Shown here piece after piece: positions 40,944 through 53,256 of a DNA stretch of 64,000 bases (positions within the stretch are counted from its first letter, which is position 1; each line of letters starts with the position of its first letter). Source of the DNA: an uncultured Rivularia sp. (GTDB lineage Bacteria > Cyanobacteriota > Cyanobacteriia > Cyanobacteriales > Nostocaceae). A program made the translations under genes and the position numbers. The stretch is from the NCBI GenBank assembly GCA_963665115.1, contig OY762007.1:1312001-1376000 (forward strand). Direction: 5' to 3'. The notes beneath the pieces were generated by a model. The model was not told the DNA's origin. It saw nothing but the letters and a program-made list of their open reading frames with translations, and made no database searches.

Positions 40944-43748
40944 ATGAATATAACATCTCAGGATGAGAAGTTAAGGTTAAAAGCTTTATATCAGTACGAG
41001 ATTCTTGATACTGCACCGGAACAGGCTTTCAACGATCTGGTTTTGTTAGCGAGCCAAGTTGCGGGAACATCAATTGCTTTGATTAATTTTGTTGATGCTA
41101 AACGTCAATGGTTTAAAGCGAAGGTGGGATTGAGCGTTTCAGAAATGTCTAGGGATGTAGGCTTTGGTTCGTTATGCGTAAGTCTTGGTGAGACTTTGCT
41201 TATTCCCGATACTCTCGCGGATGAAAAATTTGCTCACAATCATGTGGTTATTTCGGAACCAAACGTAAGATTTTATGTGGGTATCCCGTTGATTGCACCT
41301 GGAGGTGAGGCGATAGGAACTTTATGTGCAATCGATACGGTACCGCATTCGATTACTCCGCAACAGATAGAGTCACTCGAAGCGATTAGTCGTTTGGTAA
41401 TCAAGCAATTAGAAATACGATCTGGTTTAAATCAATTAGCGGATATTAAAACAGAATACGAACAAGCAAAACAAGCCTTGGATGAAAGCGAAGGTATTAT
41501 AAAAAGTTTTTTTGATAGTGCCCCGATGATGATGGGGATTGTTGAGGTTCGGGAAAATGATATTTTACACATTTCCGGTAATACTCACGCGGCGAAGTTT
41601 TTGGGTTTGACGACTGAAGCAATGAGAAACCGCTTTGTAAGCGAGATGGGGATTTCGTCACAGCTTATAAGTCAGTGGATTGATTATTATCATCAAACAG
41701 AAACGACTCAATCTTCTATAGCATTTGAGTATCCTTTTGATACTTCATATGGTAGCAGATGGCTCAAAGCTAAGGTTTCGCCGATTGTGAATAGCTCGGA
41801 GCATCAAAGATTTGCTTATTTGGTTGATGATATAACGACTCGTAAAGAAGCGGAAGAAAAACTACGTTGGAAACAAACACTTTTACGTTCGATGACAAGC
41901 GTTTCACCACTAGCTTTTTATGTGGTAGAAAACCGAACTGGGAATATTTTGTATGCAAATCAACGTTTTTATGATATCTGGGGAATTGGGTATTTAAAAG
42001 AACAGGTCGAATGTGGAATATTACAGCATAAACACATCGTAGAAGAATGTCGTAAGTTAACATCTCAAGTTCCAGCATTTATTAAATCTTGCCAACCCGA
42101 TAATATTGAGAAATGCATTTGCGAGGATGAAATTTTCTTGCCAGATGGTCGTACTATTCGCCGTTTTTCGAGAGAAATACAGAATCAAGATAATCAAGAT
42201 TTTGCGCGGCTACATATGTTTGAGAATATTACAAGCCGCAAGCACACCGAACATCAACTACGCGAACAAGCAGCATTATTAGATATTGCTTCGGATGCCA
42301 TTATCATGCGAGATTTATCTCACAAAATTTTACTGTGGAATAAAAGCGCCGAAACAATTTATGGTTGGACGGAAGAGGAAGCCATTAATAAAAATGCTCA
42401 TGAACTTTTAAAACCCGAACTTTTATCTTGGAAAAAGGAGGATATTTACAATAAAGTATTGCAGGACGGTTCGTGGCAAGGTGAATTGAGGAAAGTTGGT
42501 AAATCTGGTAAAGAAATTATTGTTGAAAGCCGATGGACTTTGGTAAAAGACGAGCATCAAAAGCCCAAATCTATCTTAACTGTTGATACAGATATTACGC
42601 AAAAAAAAGAATTAGAAAAGCAATTTTTACGCGCTCAGCGCATGGAAAGTATTGGTACTTTAGCTAGTGGGATTGCTCACGACTTAAATAATGTGCTGTC
42701 GCCGATTTTAATGTCAGTGCAGTTGCTCCAAAACAAAAGCCGCAGCCAACAAGAAATTTCCATGCTATCCATTGTGGAAAACAACGCTAAACGCGGAGCT
42801 AATCTAGTCAAGCAGGTATTATCATTTGCTAGAGGAATCGAAGGCGATCGCACTGTAATTTCGGTTAAAGAATTAGTTTGGGAAATGAAGCAAATTGTCG
42901 AACAAACTTTTCCCAAAACAATTATATTCAATGGGTCAATTCCACAGAATATATGGCAAATATGGGGAGATAGTACCCAATTGCATCAAGTATTATTAAA
43001 CTTATGTTTGAATGCTCGCGATGCGATGTCAGATGGCGGTAAATTAACAATTTCTACCGACAATATTGTCATTGATAATAATTATGCCGGGATGCATCTT
43101 GAAGCTAAAGTTGGTACTTATGTAGTTATTAGTGTTTCAGACACGGGTATTGGCATTCCTCAAGAATTATTAGACAGGATTTTTGAACCATTTTTCACGA
43201 CAAAAGAATTTGGTAAAGGTACTGGATTAGGTTTATCAACAGTAATTGGGATTATTAAAGGTCATAATGGATTTATCAACGTATCAAGTACTGTAGGCAA
43301 AGGTACAGAATTTGAAATATACTTGCCAGCAGCGAACACCAATGCAAATCGGCAAACTGAATATTTAAAAACACCTTTAGGAAACGACGAATTAATATTA
43401 GTTGTTGATGACGAACCGTCAGTTATAGATATTACTTTGGCTACCTTAGAGCAGCACAACTATAAAGTTATGACTGCTAACGATGGAATTGAAGCAATAG
43501 CACTTTATGCTCAACATAAAAATAAAATTAGTGCGGCAATAATTGACATGATGATGCCGAACATGGATGGTGCAACTACCATTACTACATTACATAAAAT
43601 GAATCCTTATTTACGCATGATTGCCGTCAGCGGACTAGCAACCAGCGAACAAATACCTTTTGATAAAACTTCTAAATATACAGCTTTTTTACCCAAACCA
43701 TATACTGCACGAGAATTATTGACGACTTTGCATTCGGTTTTGAATTAA
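40944..43748 (+). CDS. Hybrid sensor histidine kinase GAF-PAS-PAS-PAS-HisKA-HATPase-REC
   Basis: RLKALYQYEILDT…RFYVGIPL (GAF); GIAHDLNN; NARDAM; FFTTK…GTGLGL; C-terminal receiver. Confidence 0.93.
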   Translation: MNITSQDEKLRLKALYQYEILDTAPEQAFNDLVLLASQVAGTSIALINFVDAKRQWFKAKVGLSVSEMSRDVGFGSLCVSLGETLLIPDTLADEKFAHNHVVISEPNVRFYVGIPLIAPGGEAIGTLCAIDTVPHSITPQQIESLEAISRLVIKQLEIRSGLNQLADIKTEYEQAKQALDESEGIIKSFFDSAPMMMGIVEVRENDILHISGNTHAAKFLGLTTEAMRNRFVSEMGISSQLISQWIDYYHQTETTQSSIAFEYPFDTSYGSRWLKAKVSPIVNSSEHQRFAYLVDDITTRKEAEEKLRWKQTLLRSMTSVSPLAFYVVENRTGNILYANQRFYDIWGIGYLKEQVECGILQHKHIVEECRKLTSQVPAFIKSCQPDNIEKCICEDEIFLPDGRTIRRFSREIQNQDNQDFARLHMFENITSRKHTEHQLREQAALLDIASDAIIMRDLSHKILLWNKSAETIYGWTEEEAINKNAHELLKPELLSWKKEDIYNKVLQDGSWQGELRKVGKSGKEIIVESRWTLVKDEHQKPKSILTVDTDITQKKELEKQFLRAQRMESIGTLASGIAHDLNNVLSPILMSVQLLQNKSRSQQEISMLSIVENNAKRGANLVKQVLSFARGIEGDRTVISVKELVWEMKQIVEQTFPKTIIFNGSIPQNIWQIWGDSTQLHQVLLNLCLNARDAMSDGGKLTISTDNIVIDNNYAGMHLEAKVGTYVVISVSDTGIGIPQELLDRIFEPFFTTKEFGKGTGLGLSTVIGIIKGHNGFINVSSTVGKGTEFEIYLPAANTNANRQTEYLKTPLGNDELILVVDDEPSVIDITLATLEQHNYKVMTANDGIEAIALYAQHKNKISAAIIDMMMPNMDGATTITTLHKMNPYLRMIAVSGLATSEQIPFDKTSKYTAFLPKPYTARELLTTLHSVLN

Positions 43749-43923
43749 TGGTAATTGGTAATTGGTAATGGGTAATTGGTAATTGGTAATTGGGCATGGG
43801 GCATTGATAATTGGGAAAATAAGAGAGAAATAATTAATTCTTTACTCGCTACTTACTACTCACTACTCACTACTTGCTACTTACTACTCCCTATTTCCTA
43901 ACTCCTAACTCCCTACTTTTAAA

Positions 43924-46900
43924 ATGAATAATCTAATCCTGGTTGTAGATGATGATGATTTAACGCGGATGCAGTTGCGCGAATTACTCAAATCGGTGGG
44001 ATATTGGGTGGCTGAGGCTGGTAATGGAGAAGAAGCATTAGCTGCGTATACTCAGTTACAACCGGAGATGGTTCTGCTAGATGCTTTGATGCCGAAAATG
44101 GATGGTTTTAGGTGTTGCGAGCGGTTACGTCAGCTTGCTGGTGGGGATGATATACCGATATTAATGATTACGGCTCTTTACGACCAAAATTCTGTAGAAA
44201 GAGCTTTTAACGCTGGTGCTACAGATTATATAGCTAAGCCTATTCAGTGGTTGGTGTTGCGCTCTAGGGTGCTACGTTTGCTCGAAGCGAGTAGAAACCA
44301 TGAAAAAATTACGGCAGCAAACCGAACAAGCACAGTGGCAAGAAGCGCAATTAAGAATTGCATTGGAAGCTGCCCATATGGGTATTTGGGATTGGAATAT
44401 TGTTAGTGATAAACTAACTTGGTCCGATACGATTAAAGTGCTACTCGGTGAAGCAGGTTTAAGCTTTGATGAAACTTTTGAAAGCTTTATTAGTTTTGTT
44501 CATCCTCAAGATAGAGATTTAATTAATCGAAGCATGGAGTGCGCGATTGAAGAGGGAGGAGAATATAACATTGAATATCGCGTGGTTTTGCCCGATGGAA
44601 ATATTCGCTGGTTGGCTTCTCAGGGTTTAGTTTTTCGTAACTCTTCTGGGAAAGCGATGCGGATGTCGGGGATTGATATGGATATTACTGCTCGCAAAAA
44701 GGCACAACAAGCTTTGGAAGTTCATGCAAGTCAACAAGCATTGGTTGCTGAACTTTCTCAAGCAGCATTAGCAGGGATAGATTTAAATAGTTTGATGCAG
44801 CAAGCCGTTACCACCATTGCACAATGTCTTGAAGTGGAATACTGCAAAATTTCAGAATTGTTACCGGATGGTGATTTAATGTTGCGTTCGGGTATTGGTT
44901 GGCATTCTGGGCTTGCGGGAACGGTAACGGTAAATGCTGCCGATAATTCGCAAGCAAGTTATACGATTACTTCGCAAGAACCAGTAATTGTAGAAGATTT
45001 AACAAATGAAACACGGTTTAAAGGATCGCAATTATTACTAGAACACAATGTAGTTAGCGGTTTATCGGTAGTTATCCACGGTAAAGAAAGTCCTTTTGGG
45101 ATTTTAGGAGCGCATACTACTAAAAAACGCAGATTCAGTAGAGATGACATCTTTTTTTTACAAGCAATTGCGAATATTTTAGCTACAGCGATTGAACGTC
45201 AACGTATGGAAGATGCGCTTAGAGAAAGCGAGCAGCGCTGGCAATTTGCAATAAAAGGTACTAATGATGGGATTTGGGATTGGAACATCAAAAATCAGCA
45301 CGTTTTTCATTCGATTCGTTCCAAAGAAATTCTTGGTTATCAAGAAGAGGAAATCGGTAATAATGTCGATGAATGGTTTGCCCTGGTACATCCGGATGAT
45401 ATCGACTTGTTGATGCAAACTATTCAAACTCATTTTGACAAAAAAATTCCTTTTTACATTAGCGAGCATCGTCTGCGGTGTAAAAACGGTACTTACAAAT
45501 GGATTTTAGAACGAGCAAGAGCATTATGGGACGATAGTGGGAATGTATTACGAATGGCAGGCTCCCATACGGATATTACGGAACGTAAGTTAGCAGAAGA
45601 GCAGCTAAGACAAAGCGAACAGCGTTTCCAAATACTTGCTCGTGCTACAAACGATGCCGTTTGGGATTGGAACTTGCTCACAAATAAAATGTGGTGGAAT
45701 GACTCGGTGCAGACGCTGTTTGGTTACTCGGCAGAATCTATAGAAGGTAACATTGATTGGTGGTACGAACGAGTACATCCGGAAGATAGACGTAGAATTG
45801 TTGCCGATATTCAGGCAGTTGTAGAAAGCGCTCAACCATTTTGGGCAAACGAATACCGTTTCCTAAAAGCAAATGGTTCCTACGCTTATATTTTCGATCG
45901 CGGTTACGTTGTTCGCGACGACGCAGAAGAAAAACCATTACGAATGATTGGCGCGATGATGGACATTACAGAACGCAAGCGCGTACAAGAACAACTGGTT
46001 AGGCAAAACTTGCGTAGTCAATTATTCTCCGATATCACTCTCAAGATTCGCACTTCCCTACAAATCGATGAAATTCTTCAAACCAGCGTTACCGAAGTAC
46101 AAAAACTACTTAATGCCGACCGTGTATTGATTCTTCGAGTATTTGGCGATGGCTCGATAAAAGCTGTTAAAGAAGCACTAGTTCCTGGCTTACCCGTAGT
46201 TTTGGGGCAAAATATTGACGACGCTTGTTTTAGCAGGGAATACCTCGAACAATACCGCAAAGGTCGGATTAAGGCTATTACCGATATCGAGCAAGCTAAT
46301 ATCCAACCTTGTCATGTCGAATTACTCAAAAGATTCAATATAAAATCTAACTTAGTAGTTCCCATCATTATGCAAAATCAACTTTGGGGATTACTAATTG
46401 CTCATCAATGCGCTCGTCCCCGTGAATGGAACGAGTGGGAAACCGAATTATTACGACAACTAGCCGACCAAATAGGTATAGCAGTTTCGCAAGCAAAACT
46501 ATTAGAACAAGAAACTCGTCAGCGAGAAGAATTAACCCGTTCCAACGAAGAACTACAGCAATTTGCCTTTATTGCTTCCCACGATTTACAAGAACCATTA
46601 CGTAAAATTACAGCATTTGGCGATCGCCTCAAAGCCACTTGCCAAGATGCCTTAACAGATAAGGGACACGACTATCTGCAACGAATGCAAAATGCAGCCG
46701 AAAGAATGCAAGTCTTGATTGAAGATTTACTTACCCTTTCGCGAATAACCACCAGGGCACAACCCTTTGTAGAAGTAAATCTTGCACGGGTAACAAAAGA
46801 AGTATTATCTGACCTCGAAATACGCATCGCCCAAACCGGCGCACATATAGAAATTGGCGAATTATCAACTATCAAAGCCGACCCACTGCAAATGCGTCAA

Positions 46901-47236
46901 TTATTACAAAACTTGATAAGTAATGCTCTGAAATTCCACCCAGAAAAAGAGCCGCCAATCGTAAAAATACATAGTCAAAAATTTACAAATCAGCAACTTA
47001 AATCTGAATACTATGAAATTATCGTAGAAGACAACGGTATTGGATTTGAAGAAAAATACTTAGACCGTATATTCAACGTATTTCAAAGGCTACACGGACG
47101 CACTGAATACGAAGGTACCGGCATGGGTTTAGCCATCTGTCGAAAAATAGTCGAACGACATCAAGGAAGCATTACAGCCAAAAGTGAACCAGGAAAAGGC
47201 GCAAGTTTTATTGTCACAATTAGGAGTGAGGAGTAG
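43924..47236 (+). CDS. REC-PAS-GAF-PAS-PAS-GAF(cyanobacteriochrome)-histidine kinase, +1 frameshift at A-run 44295-44297
   Basis: ORFs 43924..44406 and 44300..47236 join as …LEASRTMKKL…; DACF and PCH motifs in the last GAF; ASHDLQEPLR H-box. Confidence 0.88.
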
Positions 47237-47491
47237 GGAGTAGAGAGTAGGGAGTAGGGAGTAGAGAGTAGGGAGTAGGAAGTAGAGAGTTAAGAGTTAA
47301 GAGTTAAGAGTTAGGAGTTAGTTATTCTTCTCCTTGTCTCCCCATCCCCAATTTTATCTTTCTCAAAAAAGGTTTATCATACCGGATGTAAGGAAGGTAG
47401 TTGTGCAAAGAAGACTATCGTTAACTGTACGTTTTGTTGCAATTTAATAATTTATTGATTCCTAAACCATGCTTAAAGGAGAAAATAACTA

Positions 47492-47938
47492 GTGGAGGAT
47501 CGGCAAAAAAAAATATCTATATTGATGGCTGATGATGATGAAGACGACTGTATGTTAGCTAGCGAAGCATTAACAGAAAGTAATTTGCAACACCAACTGC
47601 ATATTGTCAAAGATGGTGAAGAATTAATGGATTATTTGTATCAGCGGGGAAAATATACTAACTCCGAAAATGCAACACCCCCAGGTTTGATTTTACTAGA
47701 TTTGAATATGCCTAAGAAAGATGGTCGTGAAGTACTTAAAGAAATTAAATCAAATCCCACTTTTAAACATATTCCCGTTGTAATACTCACAACCTCGAAA
47801 GCAGAAGAAGATATTGAACTTTCCTATTTTTTGGGTGCAAATTCTTTTATCATTAAACCAGTAACTTTTACTTCTTTAGTTGAAGTTATGAAAACTATAG
47901 GAAAATACTGGTTTGATATTGTAGAACTACCGTACTAA
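47492..47938 (+). CDS. Single-domain response regulator, Rcp1-like
   Basis: LILLDLNMPKKDGREVLKEIK, ILTTS, GANSFIIKP, YWFDIVELP. Confidence 0.9.
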   Translation: MEDRQKKISILMADDDEDDCMLASEALTESNLQHQLHIVKDGEELMDYLYQRGKYTNSENATPPGLILLDLNMPKKDGREVLKEIKSNPTFKHIPVVILTTSKAEEDIELSYFLGANSFIIKPVTFTSLVEVMKTIGKYWFDIVELPY

Positions 47939-47955
47939 GCGGTGGGAGGTAAATT

Positions 47956-49849
47956 ATGAACGACAATCCCATCAAAGTACTGCTAGTTGATGATGATGAA
48001 GATGATTATATTTTAATTCGCGATTGGTTGAATGAATTTCAGCTAGGTAGCTGCGAACTAGAATGGTTAAATAATTATCAAACTGCAAAAGATGTAATAG
48101 CGTCGCTAAGACATAATGTTTACTTATTAGATTATCGTTTGGGAGCAGAGAAACGGATTAGAATTATTAAAATTTTCAATTGAATGCGGATGTTCTTCGC
48201 CGATTATTTTACTTACCGGTAGGGGAGATAGAGATATAGACATCGAAGCGATGAGAGCAGGTGCTGCGGATTATTTAGAAAAAAGCCAATTAAATGCACC
48301 TTTATTAGAACGTTCTATTCGTTATGCTTTAGAAAGAAAACAAGCCGAACAAAAAATTCGCGAACAAGCAGCATTACTTGATGTTGCCACTGATGCAATC
48401 TTTGTACGGGATTTAGATAACAAAATTTTATATTGGAACAAAGCAGCCGAACGTCTTTATGGTTATCAGAAGAATGAAGCTATTGGTAGAGAAATAGCAG
48501 AACTTTGGCAAGAAAAGAAAATATCGGAAATACGAACGGCCCTTAATACTTTATTAAAAAATGGTTCGTGGGAAGGCGAACTTCATCAAACTACAAAATT
48601 TGGCAAAAAAATTATTGTTGAAAGTCGATGGACGCTATTAAAAGAATACGAAAATAAATCACAAGCTATTCTCGTAGTAAATACTGATATAACACAAAAA
48701 AAACAATTAGAATCGCAATTTCTTCGCGCTCAAAGATTAGAGAGTATCGGAACCTTGTCAAGCGGTATTGCTCACGACCTCAACAACGTACTAGCACCGA
48801 TTTTAATGACAGCACAATTATTAGAATCGCAACTGCATGATGAGCGAAGCCAACGACTCTTACCAATATTAATTAACAACGCCAAACGCGGCGCAAATTT
48901 AGTTAAGCAAGTACTGTCTTTTACCCGTGGAATGGAAGGCGATCGCACTTTAGTACAGCCAAAGCATTTAATAAATGAAATTAAGCAAGTTGTCAGAGAG
49001 ACATTTCCGAAAACCATTGAACTTTCACAGGAAATACCGCAGGTTCTTTGGATGATTAAAGGAGATGCAACTCAACTGCATCAAGTCATGATGAACTTAT
49101 GTGTTAATGCTCGCGATGCTATGGCAAACGGTGGTAAATTAACCATTTATGCTACAAACTTTGTAGTAGATGAAAACTATGCTCAAATGCATCTCGATGC
49201 ATCGTCCGGTTCTTATGTGATGATTTCCGTAGCCGATAATGGAATTGGTATTTCTCCAGAAAATTTAGATAGAGTTTTTGAGCCATTTTTTACGACTAAA
49301 GAACTTGGAAAAGGTACGGGCTTAGGTCTTTCCACAGTACTTGGTATTGTTAAGAGTCACGGTGGATTTATTAACGTACAAAGTGACATTAATAAAGGAA
49401 GCAATTTTCAAGTATATTTACCAGCCCAAGAAATTATTGAAACTCAAGAAGAAGCAGAAATAGATTTCCCCAAAGGCGAAGGAGAATTAATTTTAGTTGT
49501 AGATGACGAAGATTCTATTCGAGACATAACAAAAAAATCATTAGAAAGCTATAATTATAAAGCAATTACAGCCAGCGATGGGATTGAAGCAATCGCTTTG
49601 TATGCAGAACGTAGAGATGAAATATCAGTTGTTTTAACAGATATTATCATGCCAGTTATGGATGGATTAACAACCATTCGCACCTTACAAAAAATTAATC
49701 CTCAAGTAAAAATTATTGCCGTCAGCGGACTTGTTTCCAACGATAAAATTAACGCAATTACCGAAATTGGCATCAAAGCTTTTTTATCAAAACCCTACAC
49801 TGCACAGCAATTGCTACAAACGATTGGTAATGTTAAAACAGACAGTTAA
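47956..49849 (+). CDS. Hybrid kinase REC-PAS-HisKA-HATPase-REC, +1 frameshift at A-run 48151-48153
   Basis: Removing one A gives …LLDYRLGAENGLELL…PIILLTGRGD…AMRAGAADYL and joins the two ORFs. Confidence 0.9.
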
Positions 49850-49966
49850 CAATTATCAATTATCAACTCCCAACTTTCTACTTTCTACTTTCAACTCCTA
49901 ACTCCCTACTTTCTACTCCTAACTCCCTACTTTCTACTTTATACTTTCTACTCCCAACTCCCTATC

Positions 49967-50362
49967 ATGACCGAACAGCGAACTGAAATATTAGCAGCAA
50001 ACGAAGCCTTTTACCGGGCTTTCGAGAAGAAAGATATTGACGCAATGAGTGAAGTATGGTCTCAAGGGACTGGTAGCCTTTGCGTTCACCCTGGATGGAA
50101 TATACTTCGTGGTTGGAAGCAAGTTAATAATTCCTGGGTAAAGATTTTTCAAAATACTCCTTATATCGAAATAAATACAGATGTAATTTCGACAGAAATT
50201 CGAGAAAATATTGCCTACGTTGTGCTAGTTGAAAACGTGATGCAAGTCATCAAAGGTTCGAGAATGGAAGCACAATCTTTAGCCACCAATGTATTTGAAT
50301 TACTCGGTGGCAAATGGTATTTGGTTCATCATCACGCGAGTCCGGTAATGGGAAATAGGTAG
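49967..50362 (+). CDS. NTF2/SnoaL-like domain protein
   Basis: ANEAFYRAFE, CVHPG, ATNVF…WYLVHHHASP. Confidence 0.88.
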   Translation: MTEQRTEILAANEAFYRAFEKKDIDAMSEVWSQGTGSLCVHPGWNILRGWKQVNNSWVKIFQNTPYIEINTDVISTEIRENIAYVVLVENVMQVIKGSRMEAQSLATNVFELLGGKWYLVHHHASPVMGNR

Positions 50363-50483
50363 AAGGTTAAAGGTTAAAGGTCAAAGGTTAAAGTTAGGAG
50401 TTAAAAATTAATTTTCTCCTTGTATCCTCATCTTCCCATCTCCTCATCCCCCCCATTACCAATTACCAATTACCAATTAAATA

Positions 50484-51026
50484 TCACTCTTTAATCAACT
50501 CCACTCCATCTTTCCCGTCAGTTTCTTGTAAATAAACTTTGACAATTTCTTCTGCTGCGGTTGGTAGCTGTTTACCGATAAAATCTGGGTGAATTGGTAC
50601 TTGACGATGACCTCTATCTACTAAAACAGCAAGACGGATTACTTCTGGTCTGCCGTATTCGTTTACTGCATTCAAAGCGGCACGAGCGGTTCTTCCTTTG
50701 AATATCACATCGTCAACAAGTACGACAATTTTCCCTGTCAAATCAAAAGGAATGCTAGTTTTTGCTGGGGTTCTCAACCCGATTTGATCGAGGTCATCGC
50801 GATAAAATGTAATATCTAAGGCACCTACTGACACATTTACCTTTTCTAATCCTTCAATCTGATTCGCTAATAAGTAAGCTAATGGCACTCCTCTTGTATG
50901 AATACCTATAAGCACTAATTGGGATAAATCGCGAGTTCTTTCTACTATTTCAGAAGCAAGTCTTCTTAAGGTGCGAGGAAGTTCTTCTGATGAAAGTATC
51001 TTAACTACTTTTACGGACACACTCAT
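50484..51026 (-). CDS. pyrR: Pyrimidine operon attenuation protein / uracil phosphoribosyltransferase
   Basis: [31 protein letters not shown]. Confidence 0.95.
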   Translation of the reverse strand: MSVSVKVVKILSSEELPRTLRRLASEIVERTRDLSQLVLIGIHTRGVPLAYLLANQIEGLEKVNVSVGALDITFYRDDLDQIGLRTPAKTSIPFDLTGKIVVLVDDVIFKGRTARAALNAVNEYGRPEVIRLAVLVDRGHRQVPIHPDFIGKQLPTAAEEIVKVYLQETDGKDGVELIKE

Positions 51027-51171
51027 AAACCGATATCACTGAGTCATTAAGTATACTATTTTATAGAAGCAAGGTCATAGGAAACACGTAATATAAAGGC
51101 TTAAAATTTAACCCTTTTTTAATCTCCGATAAATTGCAGAGAATCCGAAACCCAATCTTCTAATTTAATCA

Positions 51172-52143
51172 TTACCCCATTGTTGCTAATAAGAGTAGAG
51201 ATGTAGCTCCCCCCAACCACAGCAAAAAGGAATATCGAGTTAGTTGTAAAGCAGTTTCAATAGAATTTGAAGTAATTGGATAAATCGCATCTCCAAGCAA
51301 AGGTTTTACTTTCGCTACGCCACGATACCAATTAGTACCTCCCATCTGTACTCCTAAAATTGCAGCATAAGCGCATTCGCTCCAGCCAGAATTAGGACTT
51401 GAATCTTTGGGGGCATCTCGCTGACAGATTTTAATACATGAAAGGGGTTTACGAGATAGCAAAGCTAGAGTTATAACTGTTAGCCTACATGGAAACCAAG
51501 TTAAACAATCTTCTAAACGTGCGCTAAACCATCCTAAATAAATATAGGGAACTTCCCGATAACCAATCATAGAATCAAGAGTGCTGCTGGCTTTATATGC
51601 TAAAGCAAAGGTCGAAGGACCAATAATGGGTAAAAAAGCACCAATAATTGCATAAAAAAGAGGAGCCATTACGCCATCAGTAGCGTTTTCTGTTACTGTT
51701 TCTAAAACTGCTCGAAAAATTTCAGTGGAATTTAAATTGTGTGTGTCTCGACCAACAAAATTACGCAGAAGAGAACGGGCTTCGTCAATGTTTCCTACTT
51801 TTAAACGGCTGATTACTATTTCGGCTGCTGTTCTTAAACTTTTGAAGGCAAAGCAACTAGCTAATAAGACGCTTTCTAGTAAAATTCCTAGTATTGGATT
51901 TATCCATATAGCACATCGGACTATTAACCAAGCAATAACACCGCTACCTATTACCAAAATTGCAGTTATTGCTATTCCCGCTAAACGTTGTGTTAAGGAA
52001 TTATGACAATACTTAAGAGCTAATTTCGTTAAATGAGAAATAAACCAACCCATTACTTGTACCGGATGAACCCAGTTCCACGGATCGCCGATCAAGTAAT
52101 CTAAACTAGCAGCAAGAATCAAGACAGCAGAAGAAAAAGCCAA
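51172..52143 (-). CDS. cbiB: Adenosylcobinamide-phosphate synthase
   Basis: GDP…HPV, VGRDT, ENATDGVMAPLF, TLDSMIGY, SPNSGWSE. Confidence 0.93.
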   Translation of the reverse strand: MAFSSAVLILAASLDYLIGDPWNWVHPVQVMGWFISHLTKLALKYCHNSLTQRLAGIAITAILVIGSGVIAWLIVRCAIWINPILGILLESVLLASCFAFKSLRTAAEIVISRLKVGNIDEARSLLRNFVGRDTHNLNSTEIFRAVLETVTENATDGVMAPLFYAIIGAFLPIIGPSTFALAYKASSTLDSMIGYREVPYIYLGWFSARLEDCLTWFPCRLTVITLALLSRKPLSCIKICQRDAPKDSSPNSGWSECAYAAILGVQMGGTNWYRGVAKVKPLLGDAIYPITSNSIETALQLTRYSFLLWLGGATSLLLLATMG

Positions 52144-52362
52144 AACAGTTTTTAGTTTTTATTGATAAATATTTGGTCAAAGGGGCAGCGATTACCGCAA
52201 ATGATGGAAAAAAAATCATCACGTCACTCTCAATTAAGATTGAGAATAGGAAGCCATGCATCTGGGGATGAAAAACAATAGGTTTGTTTTATTAATTAAA
52301 AAAGGGATTTAATTATTTTCAGTTTTGAATTTCCCTCACAGCCCGGTGCCGATAATTAATAA

Positions 52363-52806
52363 CTAAACCACAAAACTAGCTTCTTCTCCAAGAGAAGCTT
52401 GCCAGCTGCGAGCATCATAATAAAGGTCTGCCAAAGTAATGCTGTATAATGCTTCTTTGAGTTTTTGAGAGAGTCGATGCCAAAGACTAAAAGTTACCCA
52501 ATCTTCAGCTGCTTGTGGATAAGCCTTATGGTGGGGTAAAGGTTCAATTGTTTCGCCAACTGCTTCTAAAATTTCTCCTAAAGATATTTTGACAGGTTCT
52601 CGCGCTAATTGGTATCCACCATCTTTACCGCGTATTGATTTTACCAATCCAGCACGACGCATTTCTATTAGTAGTTTTTCTAGATAAGGAGCGGGAATAT
52701 TTTGACGGTTGGCAATAACTTTAGTTGAAGAAGGGCCAGTTTTTTGCTGCAAACTTAAATCTAGTAACGCTTTTACACTATAGTGTCCTTTAGTGGTAAG
52801 TTTCAT
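52363..52806 (-). CDS. Rrf2 family transcriptional regulator without the Fe-S cysteines
   Basis: YLEKLL…GLVKSIRGKDGGYQLAR; the protein contains no Cys. Confidence 0.9.
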   Translation of the reverse strand: MKLTTKGHYSVKALLDLSLQQKTGPSSTKVIANRQNIPAPYLEKLLIEMRRAGLVKSIRGKDGGYQLAREPVKISLGEILEAVGETIEPLPHHKAYPQAAEDWVTFSLWHRLSQKLKEALYSITLADLYYDARSWQASLGEEASFVV

Positions 52807-53256
52807 TTGGGTTAGATAACAATTAGTGTTTGAAAAGTAAAATATTCATACTTGATGCTTATCAAATTACTCATACTTCGTATCAAGAGAGCGGCAAGCA
52901 AGCAATATAATAGGCGCTCCGCTCTTGCTTATAATTTCAATTTCAATCTTCTATAGTCTAGCAGCATCTGTTTCTGATAGACTCAATGGAAGCTGGAATT
53001 AACACTATCTATCAAAGGGGAAAATTTATTATATAGTTATCGCTAAAGATTTATTTTTTGCTTCATTTTTTTTGATGCTATCAACCTGCCTCAAGCAATC
53101 TGCATAGTTAAAATAATAAGAAGAGGAAGTGCAAGTTTTAGATCGCGACCTCAAAAAAAAATTAAAATTAATCCTATACAGTGTTCTTAATACCTCAATG
53201 TCAGTTAAAATGAAATCGATTCCACCACACCCATCGTTAGTTTTTGATTTAAGTTG

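Noticed and set aside
44281..44310. Programmed ribosomal frameshifting in the two-component genes
   Set aside because: No canonical slippery heptamer at the junctions, and the same indel pattern affects unrelated genes such as clpS.
52144..52362. Cobalamin riboswitch upstream of cbiB
   Set aside because: No recognisable B12-box or conserved core on the coding strand.
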